Shown: positions 42,129 to 54,296 of the stretch, one piece after another
How positions within the stretch are numbered: position 1 is the stretch's first letter
Layout: each line of letters starts with the position of its first letter
Source of the DNA: Tetramitus jugosus
Taxonomy: Eukaryota; Protista; Heterolobosea
Assembly (NCBI GenBank): GCA_937625935.1
Contig: OW569368.1
Location: 1 to 64,000 of the forward strand
Reading direction: 5' to 3'
Length of the DNA: 64,000 bases
Position numbers and translations under genes: made by a program
The notes under the pieces: generated by a model
Told to the model about the DNA's origin: nothing
The model's database searches: none
What the model saw: only the letters and a program-made list of their open reading frames with translations

Positions 42129-42482
42129 TTATTGTGGCTTAGTATTGTTCATTCCGTTCATGAGGGCTTGCATCATTTGCATCGAGTCTGGAGTCTCTCC
42201 TTGCATTTGTGCAAAATATTCAGCACCAGCTTGCAAAGATAGATCACGTGCATTGTTGCATGCAACTAACACAAGGTCTTCAATAATTTTCTTGTCCTTT
42301 TGCATCAATTTGTTGTCAATGTCGACCTTGACGAGCTTTCCGTGTGCGTTCATGGTTGCCTTGACCATTCCAGCACCAGCTTCACCAACAGCGGTGATAG
42401 AATTGAGCTTATTCACGAATTCCATGTGTTTTGCAGGGTTGGTAAGACCCATTCCTTGCATCAATTTGAATGCGGCGTTCAT
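42129..42482 (-). CDS. ybaB: YbaB/EbfC family protein
   Basis: GEAGAGMVKATMNAHGKLVKVDID..DKKIIEDLVLVACNNA. Confidence 0.88.
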   Translation of the reverse strand: MNAAFKLMQGMGLTNPAKHMEFVNKLNSITAVGEAGAGMVKATMNAHGKLVKVDIDNKLMQKDKKIIEDLVLVACNNARDLSLQAGAEYFAQMQGETPDSMQMMQALMNGMNNTKPQ

Positions 42483-42852
42483 TGTGTTTGTTCGTTGTTC
42501 TTGTTTTGTGTGTTGGTTTGTTGTTGATTATTTGACGAAGAAAATAATTTTGCCGTCGATTACACAGAAGCACACACAACCACAGGAGTGGACATGAATA
42601 ATTGTTGGCTTTGAATCAACAACGTTGAGCTGAACAACCAAATAGCTTCGCAATGGAAGAGTCTCTCATTGATCATACCAAGGAGGCATCGATCGTGTCT
42701 CTTGGTTCCATAAAAAAATTGTCGCTTTTTGCATTCCGTTGAAGGTTCAACGAATTACAACACGATTCTGGTCAACCGAAAATTTTTCAAAAGTTGAAAA
42801 AATAACAACACAAACAAACACATAGCATATTATCACGCCACAACATAAGAAA

Positions 42853-43476
42853 ATGACTAAGAGCGAAGAACCACAAAAATTGTAAGTACCTTGTGTTGTT
42901 TCGCACAACCTATTCATGGAGGAGGAAACCTTGGTCAGACCCATCGTTCATTACAAGACATGTTACACTTGTCGCTTGCGCTGAACGACATCCATTCTTA
43001 TTTTTGGTCCAAGAGCTTTCCTTACTCTATGATTATTGTTCGTTTGTTGTTTTGGACACAATTAACACCAAAATTTTAGCTTGAAGACCGGTAAGGTTGT
43101 TATCATTTTGCAAGGAAGATATGCAGGCAGAAAGGCTGTCATCATCAAGAACTTCGATGAGCCAACTGAAGATAAGCCATTCCCTCATGCCATCGTTGCT
43201 GGTATTGACAAGTACCCAAAGGCTGTCTCCAAGAGAATGAGCAAGAAGAAGGTCACCATGAGATCCCACATGAAGCCATTCATCAGAGTCTACAACTTCC
43301 AACACTTGATGCCTACTAGATATGGTGTCGATGTGGACCTCAAGGGTTTCGTCGGAAAGAAGGCTCTCGCTGACCCAACACAAAAGAAGGCTGCTGTCTT
43401 GAAGATTAAGAAAAAGTTCGAATTGAGATACATTCAAGGAAAGAACAAGTGGTTCTTCTCCAAGCTCAAGTTCTAA
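42853..43476 (+). CDS. RPL27: 60S ribosomal protein L27 (eL27); intron 42882-43079
   Basis: Spliced KFLKTGKVVIILQGRYAGRKAV..HLMPTRY..GKNKWFFSKLKF. Confidence 0.97.
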
Positions 43477-43562
43477 ACTCATAGCAATAAATCATAACCC
43501 CCTTGGAAAATTTTTGCGCATTCCTTTTTCGTTTTTTTCCACACACAAAATCACGACGAAAC

Positions 43563-44522
43563 ATGCAAAGATTGGCATCCCGCTTGGAACGAGTCATTCA
43601 GCAAGACATTGGCAACAGAGGCATCAAGCACTTTGCCAGTCTATCGAACGGTAATCTATTCAAGACATGTGACCACATGTTCCATTCAGCAAAACATGTC
43701 GGTGTGTGTACGGGCTTCAATATCCCTCCACCAGAGAATGATGGTCCATTGGGTGCACTGTGGATTGCTCATGGTTGTTTGATGCTGGGCAAGAAGGTTA
43801 CTCTGATTACAGATGATGGTAACGGAAGCATGATTGACAGCTTTGTGTCAATGTATTTGAACAGGAGTGTGGGATCGTCCTTGGTTGACAAGGAAGCACG
43901 TATCCGTGTGGTGAAATTTCCAGCCAGAGGAGAGCAATCCGAGCAAGAAGCACTGCAGATGGCACATGAGGTGATTCGTGGACAAGGCAAAGATGACGAT
44001 ACTCCAATTGATCATTTATTGAGTATTGAGCGTGTGGGTCCGTCTCAGGACCACAATTGTTATAGTATGAGAGGCAGGAACATCACCCATTTGAATGGTC
44101 GAGTGGAGAGCATGTTCTACGCTGCTGAGACCTCTCATGTATTTACAAGTGGTATTGGAGATGGAGGTAATGAGATAGGAATGGCCAATGTGAAGGAACA
44201 AGTTTGCGAGCACATTCCAAACGGAAGCCAGATTGCATGTTCTGTCAGCTGCAACTCGCTCATGGTTTGTGGTGTGAGTAATTGGGCTGGATATGCAATC
44301 TGTCTTTTGCTTCAGATGATGAGCAAGAATGGAACAGAAGTATTGGAGCCATGGGTGAGCTCTGCTGTTGATAGACAATGGTTGGCATATCTGACTGATG
44401 AGCTAAAGGTCGTAGATGGGGTTCGAGGCAAGCCAGATATGAGTGTCGATGGACTCGATTATGACGAGTTCCACGGACCACTGATCGACCAGTTGGTTCA
44501 AATTTGTCGCAGCAATGAATAA
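43563..44522 (+). CDS. DUF4392 / D-glutamate cyclase-like domain protein
   Basis: ENDGPLGA, IERVG, YSMRG, GIGDGGNEIGM, GVSNWAGY. Confidence 0.88.
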   Translation: MQRLASRLERVIQQDIGNRGIKHFASLSNGNLFKTCDHMFHSAKHVGVCTGFNIPPPENDGPLGALWIAHGCLMLGKKVTLITDDGNGSMIDSFVSMYLNRSVGSSLVDKEARIRVVKFPARGEQSEQEALQMAHEVIRGQGKDDDTPIDHLLSIERVGPSQDHNCYSMRGRNITHLNGRVESMFYAAETSHVFTSGIGDGGNEIGMANVKEQVCEHIPNGSQIACSVSCNSLMVCGVSNWAGYAICLLLQMMSKNGTEVLEPWVSSAVDRQWLAYLTDELKVVDGVRGKPDMSVDGLDYDEFHGPLIDQLVQICRSNE

Positions 44523-44576
44523 AAGGGTATGACATTGGCTGTCTAAAGGCATAATTTATTTTGTTGCAAAAGGTTT

Positions 44577-45503
44577 CTACTGTGATGGAGTGAGGAGATT
44601 CTGGTTGTTTTGACTGTTTGTGCTATGGTTGAGCCTTGCCGTGTCCGATGTCGCATTCAAGCTCACTGGTAGTGTGTTTAGAGATGCATGAGATCTGTAA
44701 GTGGACGACTCTTCAAAGTTAGAGCCGAGTCCACCTTCGCTGTTCCTTCTGTGCTGTGAATTGTTCATTAAGCTACTGGGCGTCCGAGGTCTTGGAGGAG
44801 GCAATAGATTGAGCATTGATTGTCGATGTCCATCCGCGCTACCTCTAAAAGTATACAAGGGAGCTCTTTTCTTATCAATTAGTGTCCTCATTGCTTCGGG
44901 ATTGTTCCTCAGGGCATTGATACGCGCTTGTCGTTCTGCTTCCTCTTGCTTTCGACGTAAATAGTTGTCTTTCCTCCGTTTCACTTCATCTTCATGCTCT
45001 TTCAGTGCTCTCTTCTTCTTTTCTATTGCTATGTGATCCATTTCAACAAGCTTCTTCCTACGTTCGAGCTTATTCACCGATTGTTCAATAATCGATATCG
45101 TTTGTTTGTGCTGCTCCAAATTGAAGGGTTTTCCTCGCGAATTGACAAAGCACTTCTTTTGAAGATGCTTTTTGACTGGTTCGCTGGAAAAGTAGTCCTT
45201 CAGACTGTAATCTCTCAGACTATCATACTTGGGTATACTCACAAATTCGTTTCCTCTGACATTGAATCCCTGCTCTCGACTCTTCAAATCATCGGATGGT
45301 ACAGTTTTGAGAGTCGACGCTCGATGGCTCTTCCGTGATGGCGGTGGATGATTACGATGATTATGTTCATTCGAAGCACCTGAGCTCCTCGAAGTGCTCG
45401 ACAGTGGCGTTTTCAGAGGATTCTCGTTTCTCTGTGGCCGATTGACTGCTAAAGCATCCGATATGGTAGATGGAGGAGAGTTACTCGTACGTCCATGCAT
45501 CAT
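44577..45503 (-). CDS. Coiled-coil protein with an ERICH3-like motif (putative flagellar)
   Basis: YDSLRDYSLKDYF...KKHLQKKCFV followed by coiled coil. Confidence 0.6.
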   Translation of the reverse strand: MMHGRTSNSPPSTISDALAVNRPQRNENPLKTPLSSTSRSSGASNEHNHRNHPPPSRKSHRASTLKTVPSDDLKSREQGFNVRGNEFVSIPKYDSLRDYSLKDYFSSEPVKKHLQKKCFVNSRGKPFNLEQHKQTISIIEQSVNKLERRKKLVEMDHIAIEKKKRALKEHEDEVKRRKDNYLRRKQEEAERQARINALRNNPEAMRTLIDKKRAPLYTFRGSADGHRQSMLNLLPPPRPRTPSSLMNNSQHRRNSEGGLGSNFEESSTYRSHASLNTLPVSLNATSDTARLNHSTNSQNNQNLLTPSQ

Positions 45504-45666
45504 GTTCTGATCTCTACTTGTCTTGAGAGTTGAGGACCAATCCAACAGTCACAGTCGTTATGTAATTTTGGCTGTAAAAACCGTTTCGACGGGTTCGGAG
45601 TTTTCCATTTCAATCTACGATGAAAAACTGTATTTATGGAAATTGTTTTTTGGTCATGAATGGTGA

Positions 45667-47736
45667 TTATGCCCGAGCATTCTCATTACGATCCAATAGT
45701 TCGTCCACCAAGTTCAACTCATCATCGGTGGCATGCTGAGACAGAACCAAATCTCTCAGCACAAAGTTCTTCTCCAGAGCACAAACAATCTCTGCATTGG
45801 TCCGAATGTTTGTCGACTCAAACACAATGACTTGCAAGTGCTTATTAAACTCTACCAGATCGGCTAACGCAGGAACAGACTCGTCTGAAATGTCAGGATT
45901 CATATCCAAGTCCAGTTCAAACACTGTTGTGTTCGACTCAAGTGCATCCACTAATTCTTCCAACATGGCATCATCGATACTCTTGTTCTTCATGTCGAGC
46001 ACTTCGAGGTCAGGATCATTGTTTCGCACCAATTCCAACACATCTTGGAAACTGAGTGCACTCGTATCAATGGTTTTATGAGGTGGGGATGCTGATGATG
46101 ATGGTTGTTGTGTTGTTGCTGTGACCGTATCTGTCTCTGTTTCATCGTTCACTTCATCCTCTGCTTCTTCTTCCTTGTCTTTGGATGATTGAGGCGAGAG
46201 CTTTTGCTCTTGATGTTGTGATTCGACATCTTCTTCTTCTTCTTCCTCTTCTTCCTCTTGTTGTTGTTGTTGCTCTTCAGATACGGATTGTTCCACAGAC
46301 GTTATTGAAATTTCAACGACGGTTGCTGGAGCTGGAGTCGTAGTCGTAATTTGTTCCTCTGGAGAAGAGGCAACAACAGGTTCAATGGTGGGTTGTTCAG
46401 TCTCTTCCGTAGTAGTAGTAGTGGTACCAGTAGTAAAATGATCCTGGGCCTTGATTTCCTGTGAAGGATCAATTGATCCAGATGATGAGCAGGAAGAAAT
46501 GGATGTCATTGTATCTTCTTGTTCCTCATCTGCCATATCTTCTTCAACTATTGTTGTTGTTATTGTTACTGTTACTGTTGTTGTTGGTGGTACATTGGTT
46601 TGAACAACAGCATCCTCTATCACAATCTCAGGTTGTTGTGGTTGTGGTTGTTCGATTATTACTGCTGTTTCTTGTTCCTTGCTCTCTGGTTTTTCTTCTT
46701 CTTTTGTGCTTGGATTTGGTTTCTCCTTGTTTTCATCTCCTCCTTCATCAGCATCAGAATTATCTTCGTCGTCACTGTCACTGTCGACCATGCTCTGAAT
46801 TTCTTTTAGTCTTGCGAGCCTCTTTGCCATCTCTTCCTTCTTCTTTTCGTGCTCCCGTTTCTCCTGTTCTTCTCTCTCCTGTTTCAGTCTCTGTCTCTCT
46901 GCTTCATCTCTCTCACGCTTCTCAGCCAATATTTGCATCAATTCTTCCTCTTCTCTCCTTCTTTCTTCGTCAATTCCATTGGGAATATCTTGAGCTGTCT
47001 TAAAATCTTCTTGCAAGCTCGCACTCATGCTTCTCAACATCAAAAGCTAAAAAAATGGATGACAACGACGAAAAAGGTTTTTTTGGTTAGCTCTCATTCC
47101 ATTGTAAAGTGCTAAAGAAAAGAAAGGATACAAAAAAACAAGACGATAAAAAAAACAATGAATAAAGCTTACGTTGATTGCATCAGCATCACCACTCCTG
47201 GCCAAAGCTTCCAATCCTGCTTTAATATTGTTGGAGCCTCTCGCACTCTGTCTTCTCAACGACAATCGATCTCTGCTGAGTCTATCTTTCGTTGGTGTCG
47301 TAGGTGTTCTCGTAGGCGAGGACGATAGTGGTGTAGTATTGTTTGCTGATGTTGTCGATGTAGATGGATTGGAGATTGAAATACCACTCAATCGATTACC
47401 TCTTGCTGCAATGTTGATGGATGATCTTCTGGGAGTGACTGGCGACACGTTGGCACTGCTGCTTCTGCCTCTTGTGAGCACTGCGACACTCTCTTGAATT
47501 TGAAGATGTCTGAGAACTGGGTCAGATGATGTGAGAGGTGATTGTTGATATTGTTGTTGTTGTTGTAGCTGTTGTAGTTGTTGTTCGTCGTATTCGTCTG
47601 TAGCTGATTGGACATGTGTGGAGATGGGTGATTGCTGTTGTTTTTTGGAGTCTTTGCGACCTCGTGTAAAGAGAGAGAACAGCGTCGTAGACATTCTTCT
47701 CTCCTTTTTTGTTGCTGCTTGTTCTGTACTGCTCAT
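45667..47736 (-). CDS. Acidic protein with C-terminal tropomodulin/RNI-like LRR; intron 47047-47172
   Basis: VRNNDPDLEVLDM, LVDALESNTTVFELDL. The GT-AG intron joins the two ORFs in frame. Confidence 0.8.
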
Positions 47737-48400
47737 GACGTTGTTATGGTTGTTGTTGTTGTTTTGGTCACGTTTTTATTGTTGTTTGGTTCGTTGTGTT
47801 TTGTGGTTGTTGAAGTGAGTGTTTTGTGGATGTGCGAGGCTCTAAGAGACAGTGATGCAAGTGGGATTGCTGGGTAAAGCTTTGTTTGCCCTTTAGACTA
47901 GAGGAGTTTTGTTTCAGAAACGACATGGGGCACGTTCGCACGTGAAAACTTGATGGTTTGGTCCCGTAATCGTCCCCTCTCATTTCAAGTGTCAGTGCGA
48001 AAATTTTGACGACTGACACAAAGCGGCGTGGACCTCTGTTATTGTGCACTATGCCCAAACATATTAGATTGCGAGAGCATTGACTTTTTTCCAAAGCAAA
48101 GCAAATTGGTGAGCTGATGCACTCGGAAGTGTTTGGGTTATACTCTCAGAGTTCTTTCTTTGGAAATTGACCATTGTTCACATCTTAAGCGTGAATGGCA
48201 CGGAAGGTTCCTTAGTACTCTCGAACATTGTCCTACTTTATTGTTGTCATGCAGGCACTGCACCAGTTGACAATGTGCTCCAAGCATTTCTCAAAATGAG
48301 AATTGAGCCAGCTCCCACAATCCAAAGTCGAAGCTGAATTTTGGCGGCAAAAATTTCACTCCCGCCAACAAAAAAAAAGCAACCAAAAAGAACAAGAACA

Positions 48401-49358
48401 ATGGGTACGTTTGATGATGCAACAGCTGTTGGCTCGAAATGAACCTTTTATCCTTAACCAACTAACCTGATCAAATCTCTCTTTTCTCTCATCCTATTTT
48501 CCCCAACAACAACAACAAAAAAATCACTATTCTCATTTTAAAAAAATTCACAATACACACAATATACACAAAACATTAGATTACAAACAAGAACAACAAG
48601 ACGAAAAAGAAAGTATACAACTCATTTATGCAGATCACTATGAGGACTTGGGTGAAAATAAGCTCAAAATCACAATGTTTCCATTCGCAGTGGAAAATGA
48701 AGATGAAGACGAAGTGAATCACGTCGGAGTCACACTTCAGATTATATTCCCAGAGACGTATCCTGACGTGATCCCAGAAATCAACATTTTCAATCTAAAG
48801 AATTTGAATAATCAATTGTGCGGAGAATTGAGAGAAAAATTGGAAGTGTTGGCACAGGATTATATTGGTTCGCAAATGGTGTATAATTTGGCTAGTGCTG
48901 CACAAGAGTGGTTATTGGAGAAGAATGATGAGAGAACTGAGAATGAGAAGGAAGATGAGGAAGAAGAGGACGCAGAAGCGAAAATGTCAGCCTATGAAAG
49001 AATGATGCTTGACAGACAACGAGAACAGCAAGAATTGCAGAAAATGAATCGTTATACATTGGATTCGGCATTGGGTAAGGGAACACCGGTCACTCATGAG
49101 AACTTTAAGGAGTGGAAGCTGAGATTTGATGAAGAACGAAGACAAGTTCAAGAATTGTTGATGAAACAGAATTTGACGAAACAGGTCAAGGAAACGAATG
49201 AGAATCGGTTAACGGGCAGAGAATGGTTTGAACAGAAATCGAAATGGTTCTCAGGCGAAGAAGAAGAAGAAGAGCCAGAAGTCGATATTGACAATGATTT
49301 GTTCTTGGATGATGGTGATGATGACGATGAGGAAGAAGACGAAGAAGATGACGAGTAA
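48401..49358 (+). CDS. RWDD1: RWD domain protein (RWDD1/Gir2); intron 48405-48579
   Basis: Spliced MDYKQEQQDEKESIQLIY, FPETYPD, GTPVTHENFKEWK, LTGREWFE. Confidence 0.92.
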
Positions 49359-49523
49359 ATTATCATTTCGCAAAAAGATTGAGATTATGGTTTTTATACA
49401 ATGCTATTTGACGCTTGTACCCTATCATATGATCATGCACAAATTGTTGTTGTTGTTGTTCGATTGCTGCTTCTTGTTTATTGTCGTTTGTTGTTGTTCT
49501 TCCACGAATATAATGACGTGGCC

Positions 49524-51084
49524 TTATTCCATAGAGTTGCCAGACAACATGGCATCACTTCCCTCCTTTACTGATACATGGGGCTCTCTTTGCTTTGGAC
49601 TCGTTGTTCCTCGCATCAAGAACTTTGAGTTGGTGATCGATGTTGGCTCACTGGACTCATGACGCACTGCATGAGACAAATTGTGAGCAAATTGTGACTC
49701 GGACACACTACTGCTCGATCGATCCAACAACAAGATACCATAGTGACCATTGGACTCCACTCTGGAGCTCTTTATGGCCACAATCGACTCACCACGTGCC
49801 ACAATACCGTTCTGAGTATTGCCATGGATGAGCGAGCTCTGAACAGTGAGCATCGATTCATTCTCTGTTATGACACCTTGTCCCAAACATTCCGTAATCT
49901 CCACATCTTGAATCAAACATTGACAATTGTTTGATACTCTGATGCAGCACTGTGGATTGTACTTGTCACTTGAACCATCAGTTTCCAACGATCCATTAAT
50001 CATACCAGGATTCTTCTTTTGTGATTTCTTTGGTTTGCTGTTACTAGCATTGCTGCTGCTGCTATTGGCACTACTGTTATTGCTCGAAGACTCTGATGAT
50101 TCCACAGATTGTGAACACACGGTCAAATGCGACAATCGAAACGATTTTCTAAACGTGTTCTGCACATGAATCACAGTCAATCCCGATGCAGAAGGATCAG
50201 TCGTTGATGACGCATCTACGCGATTGTTGACTTTGGCATCAGCAGCAAGACCAATCTTGACGAGACATCGACCACCATCCTGATCAAACACACCTCTCAA
50301 ATGAATCGGTTTCGTAATGCACAGTGTCTCCTTCATGAGATACGTTCCGTTTCGTACCATGATCACATCATCCTCGTTGGCTTCATTGACTGCTTCTTCA
50401 ATGGTGTGAAATTTAACATCGCTCTCCTTGTCGCAATCCACTACACGCACCATGTACTCGGCATTTAGAGTTGCACTCTCATTAATGGCGTTCACTACAT
50501 GTGATTTTTATGCAACAAGCAAGATTACACAGAAAAAAAATTATTGTGAGTCAAGAAAAGCTCTCTCTCGCACACACGCACAGCCCATGGCAGCTACGAA
50601 TTCAAACGAACAAAAAAACAAATGAAACAAAAAAAACACACATACACCATAAATCTGCGTCTTCCTGTGAATCAGCACAAACATAATACGTTCTGTGCGG
50701 AGAAATAATCTTCAATCCATAGGGTCTACCACTGACTAGCTTATCATCCAATACGTGATCACATGTCAATCCAGTCACATTAATCATACCCTTTGGTAAG
50801 ATATCAGTCTTCTTCTTGTAATAGTACAATCTGCCTGTATGCAAGATGCATAAACGTTTTTTCCAACTCTTGAATGAACCTCCTTGCTTCATTAAATAGC
50901 CCATATAGTCATAATCTAACAACAACAAGACATTTTTCTTCGTTAGATTGCTATGATGACAAAAAAACACAAATTTTTTTTTGTTGTAGATTTTTTTTTT
51001 ACCTTTTAAGAGTTCACCGGCAGCGACTTTTGGCGCCTTTTCAATCTCTTTCTTGAATTTGGAGGAAGAAGAAGTAGAGGACAT
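49524..51084 (-). CDS. PH domain + right-handed beta-helix protein; introns 50916-51002 and 50495-50645
   Basis: PH motif GYLMKQGGSFKSWKKR..DLWLNAI. FHTIEEAV..GTY and beta-helix repeats. Confidence 0.85.
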
Positions 51085-51486
51085 TGTGAAAAATGGATTG
51101 GTGTTGGGATGATCCGTTTGATGTTTGGTTTTGTTGTTGTTTTCGTGTTTTCTGTTGGGGCGAACAGTTGGACTTCACCAAAGAGAAGGGTGACAGTTGA
51201 TAGGTCCGATGTCGGACAAAAGAAAAAAATCGAATGTGAGCTTTGGTCGCTACCCAAGCGTGGGAGAACCGGTAGGAGGTGATGTTGCTGTGAAAGATAG
51301 AGCCAATATATCCCAACAGTGATGAATCAGACTTGCTTCTTTTATCTGTTCCACTTTTCTCTCTGAAATAACAACTGTTGCGTTGCCAGCAGAGACAAAT
51401 CGACCGGACAAGAAGAAATTTTGCCGCTCTTCCGGAACACAAACCAACGAAAGAAAAACAAAACTTTGCACACAAAAAACCAACAC

Positions 51487-52605
51487 ATGGCAACACTGAC
51501 CAACCGCAAATCAAGTAGCAAGTACACTTCACTCGACTTGAATGCAAGTGATGATGACGATGATTACTCTAGTAGTGGTGATATCACTGCATCAACGTCC
51601 TTTCTCGCTCCAAAACGAAACAAAAAGATTACACATCAGGAACTAGTGCAGTTGGAAGAATCGATTCAAAAGTGGATCGAGTCATCCTTGAAAATATCGT
51701 TTGATGTAATTGCTCAAGATCGGTACGTTTTTCATGTTTTTTTTTCGCGTCAACAAAAGCTTACGAATTGAATGAATGAAAGCTAACCACAAATTTTGTG
51801 TGTGTTTGTGTTTGATCTGTATGTATTAACATGATTTAGCTCTGAATCAGCAATGTTCCGAAGTGTTCCCAGTCGTTCGGACATTTTTTACGACGTGTTG
51901 GAATCTGGTGAAATTTTGTGTCAGTTGCTTCATCGCTTTTACCCTCAGTTCATCTCCATGGAACATGTGTACCTTTCTCATCATAGCAACAATAAGAATC
52001 AACAACAACAACAACAACAACAAGAAGAAGATGATATGAACAATATCAAGAGATTCAGTCAGAGCAATGACAATGTTCAACAAACCAGTTTCCTCACTCA
52101 TTCTCGAGCAAACATTAAAGTATTTATTCAGGGTGTACAGAATGTGGTTGGACCTCAATTGGCATTTACGTTTGAAGATGTGTATCTGAAGCGTAACAAG
52201 GATATGATTGTTGATTGTTTGAACGAGTTGATGAAGCAGTCTGCTGCGTCCTCGAACAAAGTTTCATCCACTTCAGCAGCAGCTGTCGAAAAGAGCTTGA
52301 AGGAGCCAACAGTTGAAAAAGTGATTGCCAGTGAGCCGCCACTTGCAAGGAGAAAGTCTGTGGAACGTGTTGTTGTTCTACCAAAGCAAAGCAAGTTGGT
52401 TGAACCAAAAGCAGTGGAGAAGGTGGTCACCAAATCCGATTCGTTCGTCACAAAAGCCAAGAGCACACCTCTGTCATCCATTGACGACACCAAGGCTCAA
52501 GTACATTTTGCTGAACAGGGATTCTTGAATCTCCTCATTGGCATCTATGGATTACCATTTGTGATCATTTGGGTCATTATAAGCAAGTTTTTGCTTGGTA
52601 AATAA
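51487..52605 (+). CDS. Calponin-homology domain protein with C-terminal TM; intron 51723-51839
   Basis: IQKWIES, LESGEILCQLL, NIKVFI, FTFEDVY..IVDCL, hydrophobic tail. Confidence 0.82.
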
Positions 52606-52992
52606 GTTATTTCTTAGATGTTGGATGAGGGATCATCCCTGACTCTTTGCAAGGCGTGTGCTCAAAAAACCCCAAGAGACGGTTTGTTCGAGCTTGTTCC
52701 AACTACTGTCACCACATACGAATCAATGTCCGAATTTCTTTTTAGGGATAGAGCTCTAGCTCAGTCTCTTTCAACCACATCGAACTAATGGAACATGAAT
52801 TCGACTCCGTAGTCGTTGTAGATTTTTAGAATTCTCATCAACTCCGCCGAAACGGTTGCAGGGAACGAGAGTTGCTCGTGTTACACTTCCAAAATAACAA
52901 AATAGATCATTGTTTTGTTTTCAGTAAAGAGCAACAGTCGAACGGGACAAGAACAACAAACCATCATACAAGACAGTACTAACAACATCACA

Positions 52993-53739
52993 ATGAAGAT
53001 TGACGACGATAGAAACAGGAGGAGAAGGAGGTCGAAACAAGGTAGAGAATGTTCCTACAGCTCTAAATCATCTGATATCACCTCTGGTGACGGAAAGGAT
53101 CAACTTCTTCTCTCATATACATTGAAATTGTTAGAGGCAAAGGCTCAGCTAGAAGCTCTCGAGAAACAAGAACAAACACTTCAAATGACACTGAGACAAC
53201 AAGAAGTCGAAATGGAACAGACAATGAAGGACGCAGAGTACACTCGGTCAAGTCAAGGAAGTGAAGGAGAGGAGGAAGACGCCTATCACTATCCCAACCT
53301 AAAGAATAACAACAATACTAATTATAACGATGGCAATAATCACTACAATCAATCAATGAGACAGGATGAATCGGATATTATCCAAATCATTCGAACTGAA
53401 ATTAAGCAAGAAAACTCTCATTTGCTGTGTGGAATTAAGCAATACATTTCTGATTTCATGAAGCTGCAACAGAGTCAAAACATAGAACGAGAGAGAATAC
53501 GGACGAGAGGTGGCAAGGATCATAATTATCATCATGGGCAACAACAACCGCAACATTCATTCCAAGATAAGAACTCCTTTCTACATCCCTTGAATCAGAA
53601 CGGCTACAGAAAATCTGTAAATGGAAATAAGAACCGCCAAAGCCATTGTGAGCGCGAAAAAATATCGTTGCCCTCCATTCACGAACGACCTCTGATGACA
53701 GAAAGTGAATGGATCCCAATGGGTCATGCTGTTCGGTAA
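52993..53739 (+). CDS. Hypothetical coiled-coil protein
   Basis: ATG ORF after a CA-rich leader, with a heptad region LLEAKAQLEALEKQE. Confidence 0.6.
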   Translation: MKIDDDRNRRRRRSKQGRECSYSSKSSDITSGDGKDQLLLSYTLKLLEAKAQLEALEKQEQTLQMTLRQQEVEMEQTMKDAEYTRSSQGSEGEEEDAYHYPNLKNNNNTNYNDGNNHYNQSMRQDESDIIQIIRTEIKQENSHLLCGIKQYISDFMKLQQSQNIERERIRTRGGKDHNYHHGQQQPQHSFQDKNSFLHPLNQNGYRKSVNGNKNRQSHCEREKISLPSIHERPLMTESEWIPMGHAVR

Positions 53740-54296
53740 TTGTACATGGTACAAACAGGTAGGCACACGTGTCGACAAACGAAGGTCCAAAGGATCTCCT
53801 TTTCTGTGTGAGAAAAAAGAAACCGTTTTCTCAGAGAGCTAAAATGAAACCTCGAGGAGAATCCAGTAACATGATTCATATTTTGTTTATCAAGGAGATA
53901 ACCAAAATCTACAATGAATTGAGCTCAATATCGGAAAAGCTAAGGGAGTCTTGCGACCAACCAACTGCAAAGCAACTGGTTTCTTCCAATAAAATACCAA
54001 TTTTTTTACCGCCAATTTTTTACGCTCCAAAACAAAATTCGGAACAAAAAGAGTGCACACGTTGATTGAGAAGCGCTTCATTCGAACCAACATACCCTAT
54101 TGACGTCGACCACGACCACGACCACCCCACTCAAATTATTTTCATCCACAACGTTCTATCATCACGCATTCTTCTAGAGCTTGTTGTGCAATCCATTCAA
54201 CAACAACGAACCAACTATTATTATTGTTCACACGACAACACAACCAACACCAACAACAACAAGCAGATTTCAATTTGACATTTGTTCCTCTTATTT

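Noticed and set aside
48131-48139. AACCCAAAC on the minus strand as a telomerase RNA template
   Set aside because: A 9-mer of this kind is expected by chance in 64 kb (a similar one lies at ~19342), and no supporting structure was identified.
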